Assembly (NCBI GenBank): GCA_938003835.1
Contig: CALKXJ010000001.1
Coordinates: 159,513-223,512, forward strand
DNA: 64,000 nt
DNA from: an uncultured Bryobacteraceae bacterium
GTDB lineage: Bacteria; Acidobacteriota; Terriglobia; Bryobacterales; Bryobacteraceae
Direction of reading: 5' to 3'
This document shows, in pieces, positions 9,789 through 19,241 of the stretch. The notes beneath the pieces are model-generated. The model saw only the letters and a program-made list of their open reading frames with translations, was not told where the DNA came from and searched no databases. The position numbers and the translations under genes were made by a program. Numbering within the stretch: position 1 is the first letter of the stretch; each line of letters begins with the position of its first letter.

Positions 9789-10769
9789 TCAGCGAAGCAG
9801 GCCTTTGACGACCACGTCCACCGCCTCCTCCTCGGACATGCCGCGAGCCATCAGGGTTTCCACCTGTTTCTTGTCGATGCTCCCGATCGCCGCTTCGTGG
9901 GTCAGCTTGGCGCGCTCGTCGATGACCGTCAGTTTCGGAATGGCGCTGGCACGCGCGAAGGGACCCTTGAGAATCTCCACGCAGTCGACGTGGCCCCGGG
10001 CATGGGGCGCATTTCCGACGGCCTCTCCGATCACTTCGCTCACGCACCGGTCGGCGGCGACCACGCGGCTCTTGGCCAGCCCCCGTGAATTTTCCCCATT
10101 CAAATAAAGCGACTCGTTAATCGTGATGCGATCCTCCGACTTGCCGTAGATCCGGGCGTCCAGTTCGCACACCGCGTCTCTTTGCAAGTCCGCCTGATAG
10201 TCGAGCCGCAGATTCCCCACCGCACCCTCGACGAGCTTGAACAGGCTCTTATAGGAAGCGCCCTCCTCGAGCACAATCCGAGCCTTGGCCAGAACCTCGA
10301 CCCCTCCGGCGGGTCCATGATAATGAGTTTCGGAATATTCCATTTCCGCCCCTGGAGCCAAATGGATGCGCGCGTCCATGACGTGTTGGACGTGAACCGC
10401 GTTCGGGAATGCGCAGTGAGCGAGAAAGCTTACCCGCGCACCTGCTCCGATGAAGAACTCCGCCTGAATCTCCTGGAGCCCCTCCCTGGGAAGCACGCCG
10501 AAGCATAAGTGGACGGGAGCGGGCGCCAGTGTTCCCGGCTGCACCGTGATGGTTGCCCTCGCGCCCGTGGGCGTCTCTCTTCCTTCGATGCGAACCCCGG
10601 GGATGCTGTGCGCGCGCAGGACTCGGTGATGGCTCACCACGAGACTGGCGATGCGATCATCCCGCAGGCCCGCCGCATCTCCGCCGCTGGTTGCATAGGA
10701 GTCCGAGAGTATTTCAAAGTCGGCAGCCGCGCTGGGCAAAACGGTCAACCCGGCTGAGGCGTCAGGCAT
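9789..10769 (-). CDS. Short SufB/SufD-family Fe-S assembly protein
   Basis: 326 aa with the C-terminal family signature KLTHEAAIGSIDKKQVETLMARGMSEEEA. Overlaps the upstream SufC-like gene by 8 nt. Confidence 0.75.
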   Translation of the reverse strand: MPDASAGLTVLPSAAADFEILSDSYATSGGDAAGLRDDRIASLVVSHHRVLRAHSIPGVRIEGRETPTGARATITVQPGTLAPAPVHLCFGVLPREGLQEIQAEFFIGAGARVSFLAHCAFPNAVHVQHVMDARIHLAPGAEMEYSETHYHGPAGGVEVLAKARIVLEEGASYKSLFKLVEGAVGNLRLDYQADLQRDAVCELDARIYGKSEDRITINESLYLNGENSRGLAKSRVVAADRCVSEVIGEAVGNAPHARGHVDCVEILKGPFARASAIPKLTVIDERAKLTHEAAIGSIDKKQVETLMARGMSEEEAVDVVVKGLLR

Positions 10770-11502
10770 AGTGCACCTCCTCCTGGATCGGGACGTTCAC
10801 GTGCTGGCATTCCTGGCAATGATTGCGGAAAAAACGGGCGATTGCGACAGGATCACCGGTCTTGAGAATGGTGCCGCCGCACAGCGAGGAGGACCGGTCG
10901 GCGATGGCGGCCACCTCCTCGTGATGGGTGATCAGCAGCACGGCGGTCCCATTGCGGGCGAAAGTTCGGATCACGTCAACGATATTGCCGATCGACAGAG
11001 CGTCGATTCCGGAATCCGGCTCGTCGAGAATGGCCAGCCGGGGTTGCATCGCGAGCACGGACGCCAGTTCCACCCTCCGGCGTTCTCCGCCGCTCAGCGT
11101 CGCATCCACTGCACGTTTCCAGTACTTCTCCGGACTCAACCCCACCTTGGCCAAGCATTGCTCCGGGCTGAGTGCCGGGCTTTTGGCGTTGCGCTGAGAG
11201 AGCCGCAGGTACTCGGCGACCGTGAGCCCCTCAAAGCGGGCGGGCTCTTGCCACGCCAGAGTGATGCCTCGGCGCGCCCGCTCGGTCACGGAGAGGCGGG
11301 TGATCTCTTCCCCGTCGAATACGATCCGTCCGCTCGCAGGTTGATACCCGCTCAGGCCCATCAGCACCGCCGCCAGCGTGGACTTGCCCGTCCCGTTGGC
11401 GCCGAGAATGCTATGGATCTCCGCCTCGTGGACGCGCAAGTTCAGGTGATGAAGAACCGCTTTGCCGCCGAGAATGAGATGTACATCGCTGACTTCGAGC
11501 AC
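10762..11502 (-). CDS. sufC: SufC-like ABC ATPase
   Basis: Walker A GANGTGKST, ABC signature LSGGERRR, Walker B LAILDEPDSG. GTG start at 11502 follows GAAAGGAG. The long N-terminal extension in the track ORF is Arg-rich and overlaps the ferredoxin gene. Confidence 0.8.
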   Translation of the reverse strand: MLEVSDVHLILGGKAVLHHLNLRVHEAEIHSILGANGTGKSTLAAVLMGLSGYQPASGRIVFDGEEITRLSVTERARRGITLAWQEPARFEGLTVAEYLRLSQRNAKSPALSPEQCLAKVGLSPEKYWKRAVDATLSGGERRRVELASVLAMQPRLAILDEPDSGIDALSIGNIVDVIRTFARNGTAVLLITHHEEVAAIADRSSSLCGGTILKTGDPVAIARFFRNHCQECQHVNVPIQEEVHYA

Positions 11503-11602
11503 AGCCGAACTCCTTTCTGGGACGAGTGAGCCGCGGCGCGCTCTCCGGATGCCGCCCAGATCTTCCCCAGGCGGCGCTCCCGTTGTGCCGCCCGAGGCCG
11601 GC

Positions 11603-11911
11603 TTACTGCACCACCGGAATGGGCTGCTCCTGCTGCTCCCGCTGCGCTTCGGCGATGAGGCGCCGAAGCGTGGCCTTGAACTCCTCCAGCGGCGGAAACG
11701 AGATCGCCTCCGACGGGCAGATCTTGGCGCAGGCATCGCACCCGATCACGCAGTTAAAAGGGTGCGCCACCACCGGAACGCTCAGTGCCTCGTCCCAATC
11801 AAACACATTGTTCTTGCAGAACTGAATGCATTCCTGGTCGTGAATGCAGCGGTCCGGGTCGACGGTCGGATACCAGGGGATCTTTTCCCGGGGCACTTTC
11901 AGCTTCGGCAT
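11603..11911 (-). CDS. Ferredoxin-like protein with two atypically spaced Cys clusters
   Basis: ATG at 11911 after GAGGAGG. Cys clusters CIHDQECIQFC and CVIGCDACAKICP. Confidence 0.7.
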   Translation of the reverse strand: MPKLKVPREKIPWYPTVDPDRCIHDQECIQFCKNNVFDWDEALSVPVVAHPFNCVIGCDACAKICPSEAISFPPLEEFKATLRRLIAEAQREQQEQPIPVVQ

Positions 11912-11921
11912 ATGCGCCTCC

Positions 11922-12365
11922 TCACTGAGCAACACCACCCGTCAAATCAGTACACTCGCAGCCGGCCATCAGCTCTTCGGGCGCCAACTCCCGGCCTGCC
12001 TCCCGTTGCAGAAGCTCTTCCACCTTCGCCTTGACCTTTTGCAGGACCCCTTCGTTGTCCATCATGCGGATGTCGATCGGAATAAAACGCTCGGCGGGAA
12101 ACCCGGTCTGGCGCAGGAGGCGGCGGAACAGCTTGTCCTGCGCCTCCGGGGCGCAAGCGGCGCTGATGACCCAGGTATCGCCATCGCTGCTTTTCAGAAT
12201 ATCCTTCAGCGCCTGATTGCCACCCTGCCCGCACGTTTGCGGGTGCAGCGCCACATAGCTGACGTCCAGCTCGCTTTCCACCTGGAACGGCAGCGTGTTG
12301 AAATCGGTCCGTTTGAACGAATCGCACAAACCTTTGCAATTGCACATGAGAATCTTGATATTCAT
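11922..12365 (-). CDS. Cys-rich redox protein, MvhD/FlpD-like (tentative)
   Basis: 147 aa with IKILMCNCKGLC, HPQTCGQGG, ISAACAPE and FPAERFIPIDIR, resembling the hydrogenase delta-subunit layout. Confidence 0.45.
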   Translation of the reverse strand: MNIKILMCNCKGLCDSFKRTDFNTLPFQVESELDVSYVALHPQTCGQGGNQALKDILKSSDGDTWVISAACAPEAQDKLFRRLLRQTGFPAERFIPIDIRMMDNEGVLQKVKAKVEELLQREAGRELAPEELMAGCECTDLTGGVAQ

Positions 12366-12386
12366 GACTTGCTCCTTCTGCTAAGT

Positions 12387-12743
12387 TCACAAAAACTGGT
12401 TTCTTGAAGCTGGCACCGTTTCGGCACGCTTCCAATCTTCTAACCGCGCCCGGTCGCGCCGGTACAATTCCTCGGTATCCAACAGGCTGCGCAAGCACGA
12501 GCTCAGACACTCGGCTATCGGATTGCCCTTCACCAGCGAGTACTGCACCCTCATGCCGAGTCGCCGGTCGGTCGCCAGACCCGCACTGCGCAGGTAGGCC
12601 AGATGCCGGGAGAGCAGCGGCTGGGGCAGGTTGAGCAGGAACTCCAGCTCGCAGACGCAAAGGGGCTGTTCCAGCAAGAGGTTCAGGATCCGAAGCCGAT
12701 TGGGCTCGGCGATGGCTTTGAGGATCCGATGCAGCGGCTCCAT
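12387..12743 (-). CDS. ArsR/SmtB-family metalloregulator
   Basis: HTH core AEPNRLRILNLLLEQPLCVCELEFLLNLPQPLLSRHLAYLRSAGL, with a CVC metal-site motif. Confidence 0.9.
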   Translation of the reverse strand: MEPLHRILKAIAEPNRLRILNLLLEQPLCVCELEFLLNLPQPLLSRHLAYLRSAGLATDRRLGMRVQYSLVKGNPIAECLSSCLRSLLDTEELYRRDRARLEDWKRAETVPASRNQFL

Positions 12744-12770
12744 ATCCTTTCAAGGATATTCGGATATCCA
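12742..12770. promoter_or_regulatory. Candidate ArsR operator or RBS-sequestering palindrome
   Basis: Perfect 8+2+8 palindrome ATATCCTT-TC-AAGGATAT (12742-12759) spans the arsR start codon and SD. It is followed by GGATATCC (12763-12770). The GGATAT half-site occurs in both. Confidence 0.45.
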
Positions 12771-13201
12771 CATGAGATTATGACACAGCCGGCTCTGCCT
12801 GTCAAGAGCTGATTCTCTTTTTTCTCGTTTCCTTGGCCATCTCCCCGTTCGGAATTCCCCAGGCGTCGGCGCGCGCCTGCCGCGGCTTGCGCAAGTTCGC
12901 TTCGTTACGCCGCTTTCGGCGGTGGTGCGGGGAATCCCGGCGACACGCAGCGCGGAAGTGGGTAACCCCGAGGAGCGGAATCCGAGGCGTCGGTCGACAT
13001 TTTCCCGTTCGTTGCAGCGAGGCAGTCGCCGTGGTATCCTTTCGGACAGATATGCCTGAAAAGAGGCTCGCCAGACCCGAAACGCGACTGCGGATGAGGT
13101 GGTGCTCGTTTGAAGGGGCTGGCGCTACGGCAGACTCTCAGGTCCTGCCGGCGCGGGAGGGTTCCATTCACCCTGTTGACTCTCATGAATGAGGAGCGGA
13201 G

Positions 13202-13459
13202 ATGCAAGACACTCGATTCCAGATCAAGATCTTAGGGCCTGGTTGTATTAATTGCAGAAGGCTGGCCGAAAACGCCGAAGCCGCTGCCCGCGAGCTGAAC
13301 GTCGTCTTTGAGCTCGAAAAGGTTACCGACATCACGCAGATGATGAGCTACGGCATCCGCCGGACTCCCGCCCTGGTCGTCAACGGCAAAGTCGCCGTGC
13401 AGGGGCGCGTCCCGCCGCCGCACGAGCTGATGGCGATTCTTGCGCAGGAGATGGCGTAA
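13202..13459 (+). CDS. Small thioredoxin-fold protein (redox-active disulfide protein 2 type)
   Basis: 85 aa with a CxxC in ILGPGCINCRRL and a ...TPALVVNGKV tail. Confidence 0.8.
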   Translation: MQDTRFQIKILGPGCINCRRLAENAEAAARELNVVFELEKVTDITQMMSYGIRRTPALVVNGKVAVQGRVPPPHELMAILAQEMA

Positions 13460-13473
13460 GCCGGGGAAGAGAA

Positions 13474-13980
13474 ATGTCCGCGAAGACGGGATTGAAGTAT
13501 GCGCTCCTGGCGTTTGTGGGCGTCAGCCTGGCTACCATCGTGCGGCAGCAGCTCCAATCCGGCGCTCCTGCGCCCGGAGGCTCCGGCGCCGCCGTCGCGA
13601 CGCCCTCCGCTGCGAAGCAACCGGCCGCGCCGCCTGCTGTCGGGAGCAAGATCCTCGTCTACTACTTTCACACCTCGGTACGCTGTCCCACCTGCCGGTG
13701 GATTGAGGCTCTGACGGAGCAGACTCTTCGAACCGCCTTTGCCGACGGACTGCGCACCGGCCTGATCGAGTGGCGCCCGACCAATGTCCAGCTTCCCGAA
13801 AACCAGCACTTCATTCGCGACTACGAGTTGTTCACCAAGTCGGTGGTGATCGTGCGCCTCAAAGACGGTCGGCAGGCGGAGTGGAAGAACCTCGAATGGG
13901 TCTGGCGCCTGGTCTCGGATCGGCAAACCTTCTCCGCATATATTCAGAATGAAGTTTCTGAGTATTTGAAAAAACTATGA
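13474..13980 (+). CDS. Membrane-anchored thioredoxin-like protein (ArsF-like family)
   Basis: N-terminal TM segment YALLAFVGVSLATIV, an Ala/Pro linker, then VYYFHTSVRCPTCRWIE (CPTC). Confidence 0.6.
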   Translation: MSAKTGLKYALLAFVGVSLATIVRQQLQSGAPAPGGSGAAVATPSAAKQPAAPPAVGSKILVYYFHTSVRCPTCRWIEALTEQTLRTAFADGLRTGLIEWRPTNVQLPENQHFIRDYELFTKSVVIVRLKDGRQAEWKNLEWVWRLVSDRQTFSAYIQNEVSEYLKKL

Positions 13981-14672
13981 CCGAAGGAAACCTGTTGGGG
14001 TACGGCGCCGCCCTCTGGCTTGGTGTTTTAACCTCCGTGAGCCCATGCCCGCTAGCGACCAACATTGCGGCGATTTCCTGGCTCAGCAAGGGCATGCGCT
14101 CACCATGGCTGGTCCTCGTCGCCGGTGCACTGTATACTTTCGGCAGGGCCGTCATATATGTTGTGCTGGCGTGGCTCCTGGCGGCCAGTCTTTTCTCCGT
14201 ACCCCAGCTTTCGCTACTCCTGCAGACGCAGCTGAACAAGTGGTTGGGGCCTTTGCTGATCGTGGTCGGCATGTTTCTGCTGGGGCTGCTCGAATTTCGT
14301 TTCGCAACGCAGGTTTCTTCGGAACGGCTGGAACGGAAATTGTCCGGCGGAGGAGTCTGGGGCGCCGGCTTACTTGGAATGTTGTTTGCGCTGTCATTTT
14401 GTCCCGTCTCGGCCGCGTTATACTTCGGCAGTCTCCTGCCGCTCGCGCTGCGACATGAATCCACGCTGGGGCTTCCGGCTCTGTTCGGGATCGGAACCGG
14501 GCTGCCGGTGCTGGCATTTGTTTGGCTCCTGGCTGCCGGAGTGCGGTCAGTCAGTGCCACGTTTAACCGGATGGCGGCGCTGGAGCGCTATGCGAGGCCG
14601 GCAACCGGAGTGGTGTTTGTGCTGATCGGTATCTACTTGTCGCTCGTCCACATTTATGGCGTTCAAGTGTAA
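13977..14672 (+). CDS. CcdA/DsbD-type thiol-disulfide membrane transporter (ArsG-like family)
   Basis: Six-TM profile with two membrane-embedded Cys motifs, SVSPCPLATN and LSFCPVSAALYF. ATGA overlap with the upstream gene. Confidence 0.7.
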   Translation: MTEGNLLGYGAALWLGVLTSVSPCPLATNIAAISWLSKGMRSPWLVLVAGALYTFGRAVIYVVLAWLLAASLFSVPQLSLLLQTQLNKWLGPLLIVVGMFLLGLLEFRFATQVSSERLERKLSGGGVWGAGLLGMLFALSFCPVSAALYFGSLLPLALRHESTLGLPALFGIGTGLPVLAFVWLLAAGVRSVSATFNRMAALERYARPATGVVFVLIGIYLSLVHIYGVQV

Positions 14673-14873
14673 ACGCCGGGGCGTAAGGCTTTGGCGTTGC
14701 CGGAGGGCTTTTCTCGCGCTCCGGTTTACCGCTGACGTCAACTCTGGCGAGCCGGGCGCGGGCGCTGCCGGAGGACCGGGTGCGGCGCGGCCCGAGCGGG
14801 AGCCGCGTGGAAACCTTGGAGAATCGCCGCGCGGCGACCGGCACAGGGAATCGGCATGGGGAGGTCAGCAACA

Positions 14874-15707
14874 ATGAGTACGTCGATTCTGTTGGAGAGA
14901 CAGTATGCGTTCCTTGGCGCGGGCATCATCGCGGGCGTCTTTGCCGAGCGCATGGTGCAGTCCGGAGTTCCGCCGGGGGCCATCTGCGTCTCCGACATCG
15001 CTGCGGAGAAGACCCAGGCGCTGGCACAGCGGTTGGGCGTGCGGGCGGCACGGGACAATCGAGAGGCGGCTGCCACTGCGGACGTCGTTTTCCTGTGTGT
15101 GCCGCCGAACGCCGTGAAAACGGTGCTCGAAGAGGTTCGCGATGTGCTACGCGCCGGAGCGCTGCTGGTTTCCCTGGCGGCGGCGGTTCGAACCGAGTGG
15201 ATGGAGAAAAGCGCGGGTGCGGGCGTGAAGGTCCTGCGGATGATTCCCAACACGCCCTCGCTCATCGGCGCGGGCATGAACCCGCACTGTCTGGGCCGTT
15301 GGGTCACGGCCTCGGATCTGCCTTTGGTCGATGCGCTGCTCGAGCTGTTCGGCGAGACGGTCCGGGTTGAGGAGGACCGGATGGAAGCCATCACGGCCCT
15401 GACGGCTGTCGGCCCCACCTATCTCTTCCCCGTCCTGGAAGCGCTGCGGGACGCCTGCGCCGCAGCGGGGCTGGATGGGGCGACCGCGCAAAAGGCGGCG
15501 GCCCAGACCATGATCGGAACGGGACGGCTCGTGCTTGAAACGGGGCGTGGGCCGGAGGAACTGAAAGCGATGATCGGCACGCGCACTCTCGCCGAGGAGG
15601 CTGCCCGGGACCTCTTCGTTCAGGCCTATCAGGCGGCCATAGGCAAATTGCAGGCCGCCTCCGCCCGCCTGGCGGCCTCCTGGCAGGCAGAGCCTCGCCA
15701 GGAATGA
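14874..15707 (+). CDS. proC: Pyrroline-5-carboxylate reductase
   Basis: FLGAGIIAG Rossmann motif and RMIPNTPSLIGAGMNP signature. ATG at 14874 follows GGGGAGG. Confidence 0.85.
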   Translation: MSTSILLERQYAFLGAGIIAGVFAERMVQSGVPPGAICVSDIAAEKTQALAQRLGVRAARDNREAAATADVVFLCVPPNAVKTVLEEVRDVLRAGALLVSLAAAVRTEWMEKSAGAGVKVLRMIPNTPSLIGAGMNPHCLGRWVTASDLPLVDALLELFGETVRVEEDRMEAITALTAVGPTYLFPVLEALRDACAAAGLDGATAQKAAAQTMIGTGRLVLETGRGPEELKAMIGTRTLAEEAARDLFVQAYQAAIGKLQAASARLAASWQAEPRQE

Positions 15708-15726
15708 GCGGCCGCCGAGAGGGGCC

Positions 15727-15951
15727 TCAGTTACCGCCCATGCAGCAGGAAGGTCCGCCGCAGCCGGCCGCGCCGCCGCCGCTGCTGCGGGATGTGCCGT
15801 GGAGAATCGCCGCCAGCGAGATGAGGCGCTCGCTTTCCTCGGCTCCACAGTCGGGGCATATCGTCTTCAGACCGCGGCTGTAGTCTGCCATACTGGCACG
15901 AATTTCATATTCTCTGCCACATTTTAGGCAACGGTATTCGTAGACGGGCAT
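15727..15951 (-). CDS. FmdB-family zinc-ribbon protein
   Basis: MPVYEYRCLKCG...CPDCG, with a Gly/Cys-rich tail. Confidence 0.85.
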   Translation of the reverse strand: MPVYEYRCLKCGREYEIRASMADYSRGLKTICPDCGAEESERLISLAAILHGTSRSSGGGAAGCGGPSCCMGGN

Positions 15952-15964
15952 ACGATTCCCTATC

Positions 15965-16837
15965 TTAGCGTAACGCGGGGATATACAGAACCGGCAGCGG
16001 TGCCAGGCGCGCCACCTGATTGGCCACGCTGCCCAGGAAGATCTCCGCCAGGAAACCGCGCCCTTGTGCGCCCATCAGGATCAGGGAATGGTCCCCGCTG
16101 CGAGCCCGACTGAGAATCTCTTCGATGGGGTGACCGTAGGGGATCTCGGTTGTCACTTCCGCGGCGCCGGCTTGTTCCAGGCGCAGCTTCATTCCCGCCA
16201 GCCGCTCGGCGTCAATCTGGTTGAACTCGGCCAGGCGGTGCTTGAGATGGCGCTCGATCCGGCTTTGGTCCTGCACGTGAAGCAGTGTCACGCGGGAGCC
16301 TGTCTCGCGCACGATATGCAGGAGGAAAACAAAGGCGTGCTCGGCATTGTCGGAAAAATCGGTGGGAAAAAGGATGCGGTGAAACATCTCCTGACAGACG
16401 GCACGGCACCGCAACCCTCCGTCCTCCTCCGTCAGTTGGATGCGAATCAATAGCATCGGCAACTGGAGCCGGTGTAGCAGCTCGGAGGCCGTCGAGCCGA
16501 GCAATTTGTCGCGCGCGAGCGACGCGCCATGGGTGCCGGCCACCAGCAACCGGGCACCGGTCGAGCGCGCAATGCGGAGCAATTCGTGTGCCGGAAAGCC
16601 GAGCGGCGTTTCGATGCGCACTTGGAAACCGGCGGCGCGCAACGTTTCCGCCTGCTTTTCGAGCCGCGGCATCATGCTCCGTTGCAAGGATTCATACAAT
16701 CCCCCGACATCGCGGACGTGGAAGACATGCACGAGTGACGCTTGCCGGCTGCCCACCTGGGCAAGCCCGCGCACGCAATCCACGACGCGGTCACTGGCAT
16801 CGGAACCATCGGTCGCCACCAAGATGCTGGACAACAT
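15965..16837 (-). CDS. Tandem-domain universal stress protein
   Basis: Two USP repeats (ILVATDGSDAS... and ILFPTDFSDNA...). ATG at 16837 follows GAGGAG. Confidence 0.85.
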   Translation of the reverse strand: MLSSILVATDGSDASDRVVDCVRGLAQVGSRQASLVHVFHVRDVGGLYESLQRSMMPRLEKQAETLRAAGFQVRIETPLGFPAHELLRIARSTGARLLVAGTHGASLARDKLLGSTASELLHRLQLPMLLIRIQLTEEDGGLRCRAVCQEMFHRILFPTDFSDNAEHAFVFLLHIVRETGSRVTLLHVQDQSRIERHLKHRLAEFNQIDAERLAGMKLRLEQAGAAEVTTEIPYGHPIEEILSRARSGDHSLILMGAQGRGFLAEIFLGSVANQVARLAPLPVLYIPALR

Positions 16838-16900
16838 GGCGTCATTCTCCTCTACGCGCTTCCCGCGCGGACACAAGCCGGCGGCGCGCCTCTCGATTCT

Positions 16901-17566
16901 TCAGGGTAACTCCCGGATCCGAATGTTGCGAAACTCCACCCGCGTGCCGTGTCCGAGAAAGCCGATATGCCCGGACGTGCGGGCCAGGCCCGGATGCTTT
17001 TTGAGCACGGCCGGATCGGTGATCTCGTCCAGATCGGCGTCCAGGATGAGATGGCCGTTCAGCCGCACCTGGATGCGGCGCCCGTCGGCGACAATCTCCT
17101 GCTGGTTCCACTCGCCCGCCGGCCTCAGATAGCCCGGTTTGGCCGGGACAACATCGTAGATTGAGCCGTGGCGTTGCACCGGCTTCAGCCAGCCCTTGTA
17201 CTTGGGATGGTCATCGTCGATAATCTGGATCTCCATGCCCGAATAGGCGATGTCGCCTGCCAGAGGAGCGCGGATGCCGACGCCGTTGTTGCCGCCGGGC
17301 TCCATGCGGAACTCGAAGCGAAAGATGAAGTTCGCGAACTCTCTCACCGTGAGGAGGTTGCCGCCGCCATCGGCCGGGCAGACAATGCTGCCGTCTTCAA
17401 CGATGTAGCCGCGGCCGCTCTTCTTGCCGTAAACCAGCAGCCAGCCGTGGAGCGTCTCGCCGTCGAAGAGCGAAACGAAACCCTCCTCGGCCGGGCCGGC
17501 TGCGAAGATCGCAACCGGTACGAGCGCCAGGAGCGCCAGTGGAAATCGTAGAGCTTTCATCTGCAT
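16901..17566 (-). CDS. Secreted DUF1080 (3-keto-disaccharide hydrolase-like) protein
   Basis: Signal peptide, [13 protein letters not shown], and C-terminal [19 protein letters not shown]. Confidence 0.8.
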   Translation of the reverse strand: MQMKALRFPLALLALVPVAIFAAGPAEEGFVSLFDGETLHGWLLVYGKKSGRGYIVEDGSIVCPADGGGNLLTVREFANFIFRFEFRMEPGGNNGVGIRAPLAGDIAYSGMEIQIIDDDHPKYKGWLKPVQRHGSIYDVVPAKPGYLRPAGEWNQQEIVADGRRIQVRLNGHLILDADLDEITDPAVLKKHPGLARTSGHIGFLGHGTRVEFRNIRIRELP

Positions 17567-17596
17567 CAGTTGTAGCAGAAAGTCGCCCGAGCCGCT

Positions 17597-18541
17597 TCAC
17601 CTCGCCCGGATCTGCTCCAGCCAGCGGCGCGCCGCTTCGGTGTTGCGGGAATCGGGGTGGCGGGCGAGAAAGTCCTCGAGCTCGGCGATGGCGCGGGCGC
17701 GTTCGCCGCGACGCAGATGGATGTCGGCCAGCACGAGCTGCGGCTGAGAGAAGTGAGAAGGATCGAGCCGTTTGGCTTCCTCAAGGTACCGCAGCGCGCG
17801 CTCGAAGTCGCCCAGAAAGTAGTAGTTCTGGCCGAGCTGCGAGTTGGCGAGAGCGTCGAAAGGCCGCTCGGCGACGGCGTGCTCATTGTATGGAAGCGCC
17901 TCCTGATAGCGCTTGAGCGAAAGCAGAGTGCCGCCCAGGTTGACGGCGGGAGTGAACGAGCCCGGCTCGTGCTCGAGCGCCGTGCGGAAGAATTTCTCGG
18001 CCGACTCGTAGTCGCCGCTTTGGTAGGCGAGGGTGCCGAGGTAGTTCCAGGCGGCCACGAATTGCGGCGCAATCTCCACGGCGCGCAGCAGGTGCTTGCG
18101 AGCGCCCTCGACGTCCCGCCGATTCAGCCGCTTCTCGGCTCTCCGATACTCCTCGAGGGCGCGGGGCGGCACAGCGAGCTGGCTTGTGGAGATTTTCGCG
18201 CGCTCTTCGAGGCTTTTGATGGCCGCCGAGGGTGATGCCGGTGCGGCCAGCACCACCTGAATGCGCCCGCGCGAATCGGCCAGCCGGGCCGAGACGACGA
18301 CCGTCTGGCGAAGCTCGCCCGCACCTTCCACCCACGCAGCGACGGTGTAGGCGCCCGGGGCAAGCCCACGGAACCGGAACCGGCCCCGGCCGTCCGTGTA
18401 GGTCTCGGCGTAGTAAGGCGTATCGGCGCCCCGCAGCGTCACCAGCACCATCCCGGGCGCCGGCTCGATCACGCCGCGGAGCTCGAGGGGTCGCTCGCCC
18501 GCAGCCAGCCACAGCGCCAGCATCAGAGTTGCCGGCCACAT
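17597..18541 (-). CDS. Carboxypeptidase-regulatory-like domain plus TPR-repeat protein
   Basis: TDGRGRFRFRGLAPGAYTV beta-sandwich motif, followed by TPR-like helices. Confidence 0.7.
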   Translation of the reverse strand: MWPATLMLALWLAAGERPLELRGVIEPAPGMVLVTLRGADTPYYAETYTDGRGRFRFRGLAPGAYTVAAWVEGAGELRQTVVVSARLADSRGRIQVVLAAPASPSAAIKSLEERAKISTSQLAVPPRALEEYRRAEKRLNRRDVEGARKHLLRAVEIAPQFVAAWNYLGTLAYQSGDYESAEKFFRTALEHEPGSFTPAVNLGGTLLSLKRYQEALPYNEHAVAERPFDALANSQLGQNYYFLGDFERALRYLEEAKRLDPSHFSQPQLVLADIHLRRGERARAIAELEDFLARHPDSRNTEAARRWLEQIRAR

Positions 18542-18591
18542 CGCTCCCCACTCGATCCTAACGCGCCGGATTAGGAAAGATAGGAGGTACG

Positions 18592-19194
18592 ATGTCCGGC
18601 GCCGCGCACTTCGAGATTCTCGAGCCGCCGGCGGAACTGGAGCCCGCCGTGCGGGAGTTCCTCGTGCCCGCGCTCGAGGCGGTGCCCGAGCGCGCGTGGG
18701 CGCGGCTCGGCCGCTGCCGCATCGGGCTCGAGCCGGCCGAGGCGGACTGGTCGTCGCGGTGGACGGCCGGGGAAGGATCGATCGAGATCGAGCTGGCCGC
18801 GGCCGGTGTCGAGGCGCACGACCTGGCGCTTGAAGCCCTGCTTTGCCTGGGCCAGGCGCTTTGGGAGCGGCTCGAAGCGGCGGAGTATGCGGCGTGGCTC
18901 GAGGCGCTCGACCGGGAGATCCAGGCAGGCGTTACCGGCGAGATCGACGAAACGGCGTTCGAGGAGAAACGCCGGCTTGTTGCCAGCCGGGTTGCGGCGC
19001 GCAGCCGAAGGCGGCTGGAGCGCTACGCGCGGGCCTCGTTTGCCGCCACCTTCGCCGAATACGTCCACGCGCTCTGGCATGATGTCACCGTGCGCACGGG
19101 TCCGGAGCACCTACCGCCGGAATGGCTGCGCCGGCGCCTGGCGCTGGTTTCGGGCTGGTTTCCGCCGCGGTCCGGCTACCGCCTCTTCCCCTGA
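18592..19194 (+). CDS. Hypothetical protein
   Basis: 200-aa ORF with good coding character and no motif I recognise. Confidence 0.55.
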   Translation: MSGAAHFEILEPPAELEPAVREFLVPALEAVPERAWARLGRCRIGLEPAEADWSSRWTAGEGSIEIELAAAGVEAHDLALEALLCLGQALWERLEAAEYAAWLEALDREIQAGVTGEIDETAFEEKRRLVASRVAARSRRRLERYARASFAATFAEYVHALWHDVTVRTGPEHLPPEWLRRRLALVSGWFPPRSGYRLFP

Positions 19195-19241
19195 AAATCG
19201 GGGACAGTACACTCAATCCCCAATTTCGGCGGGGCTTCCCG

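Noticed and set aside
19200-19221. A GGGGA...TCCCC hairpin between the convergent hypothetical gene and hoxH, considered as a bidirectional terminator.
   Set aside because: It has only a 5-bp stem with a 12-nt loop, which is too weak to call.
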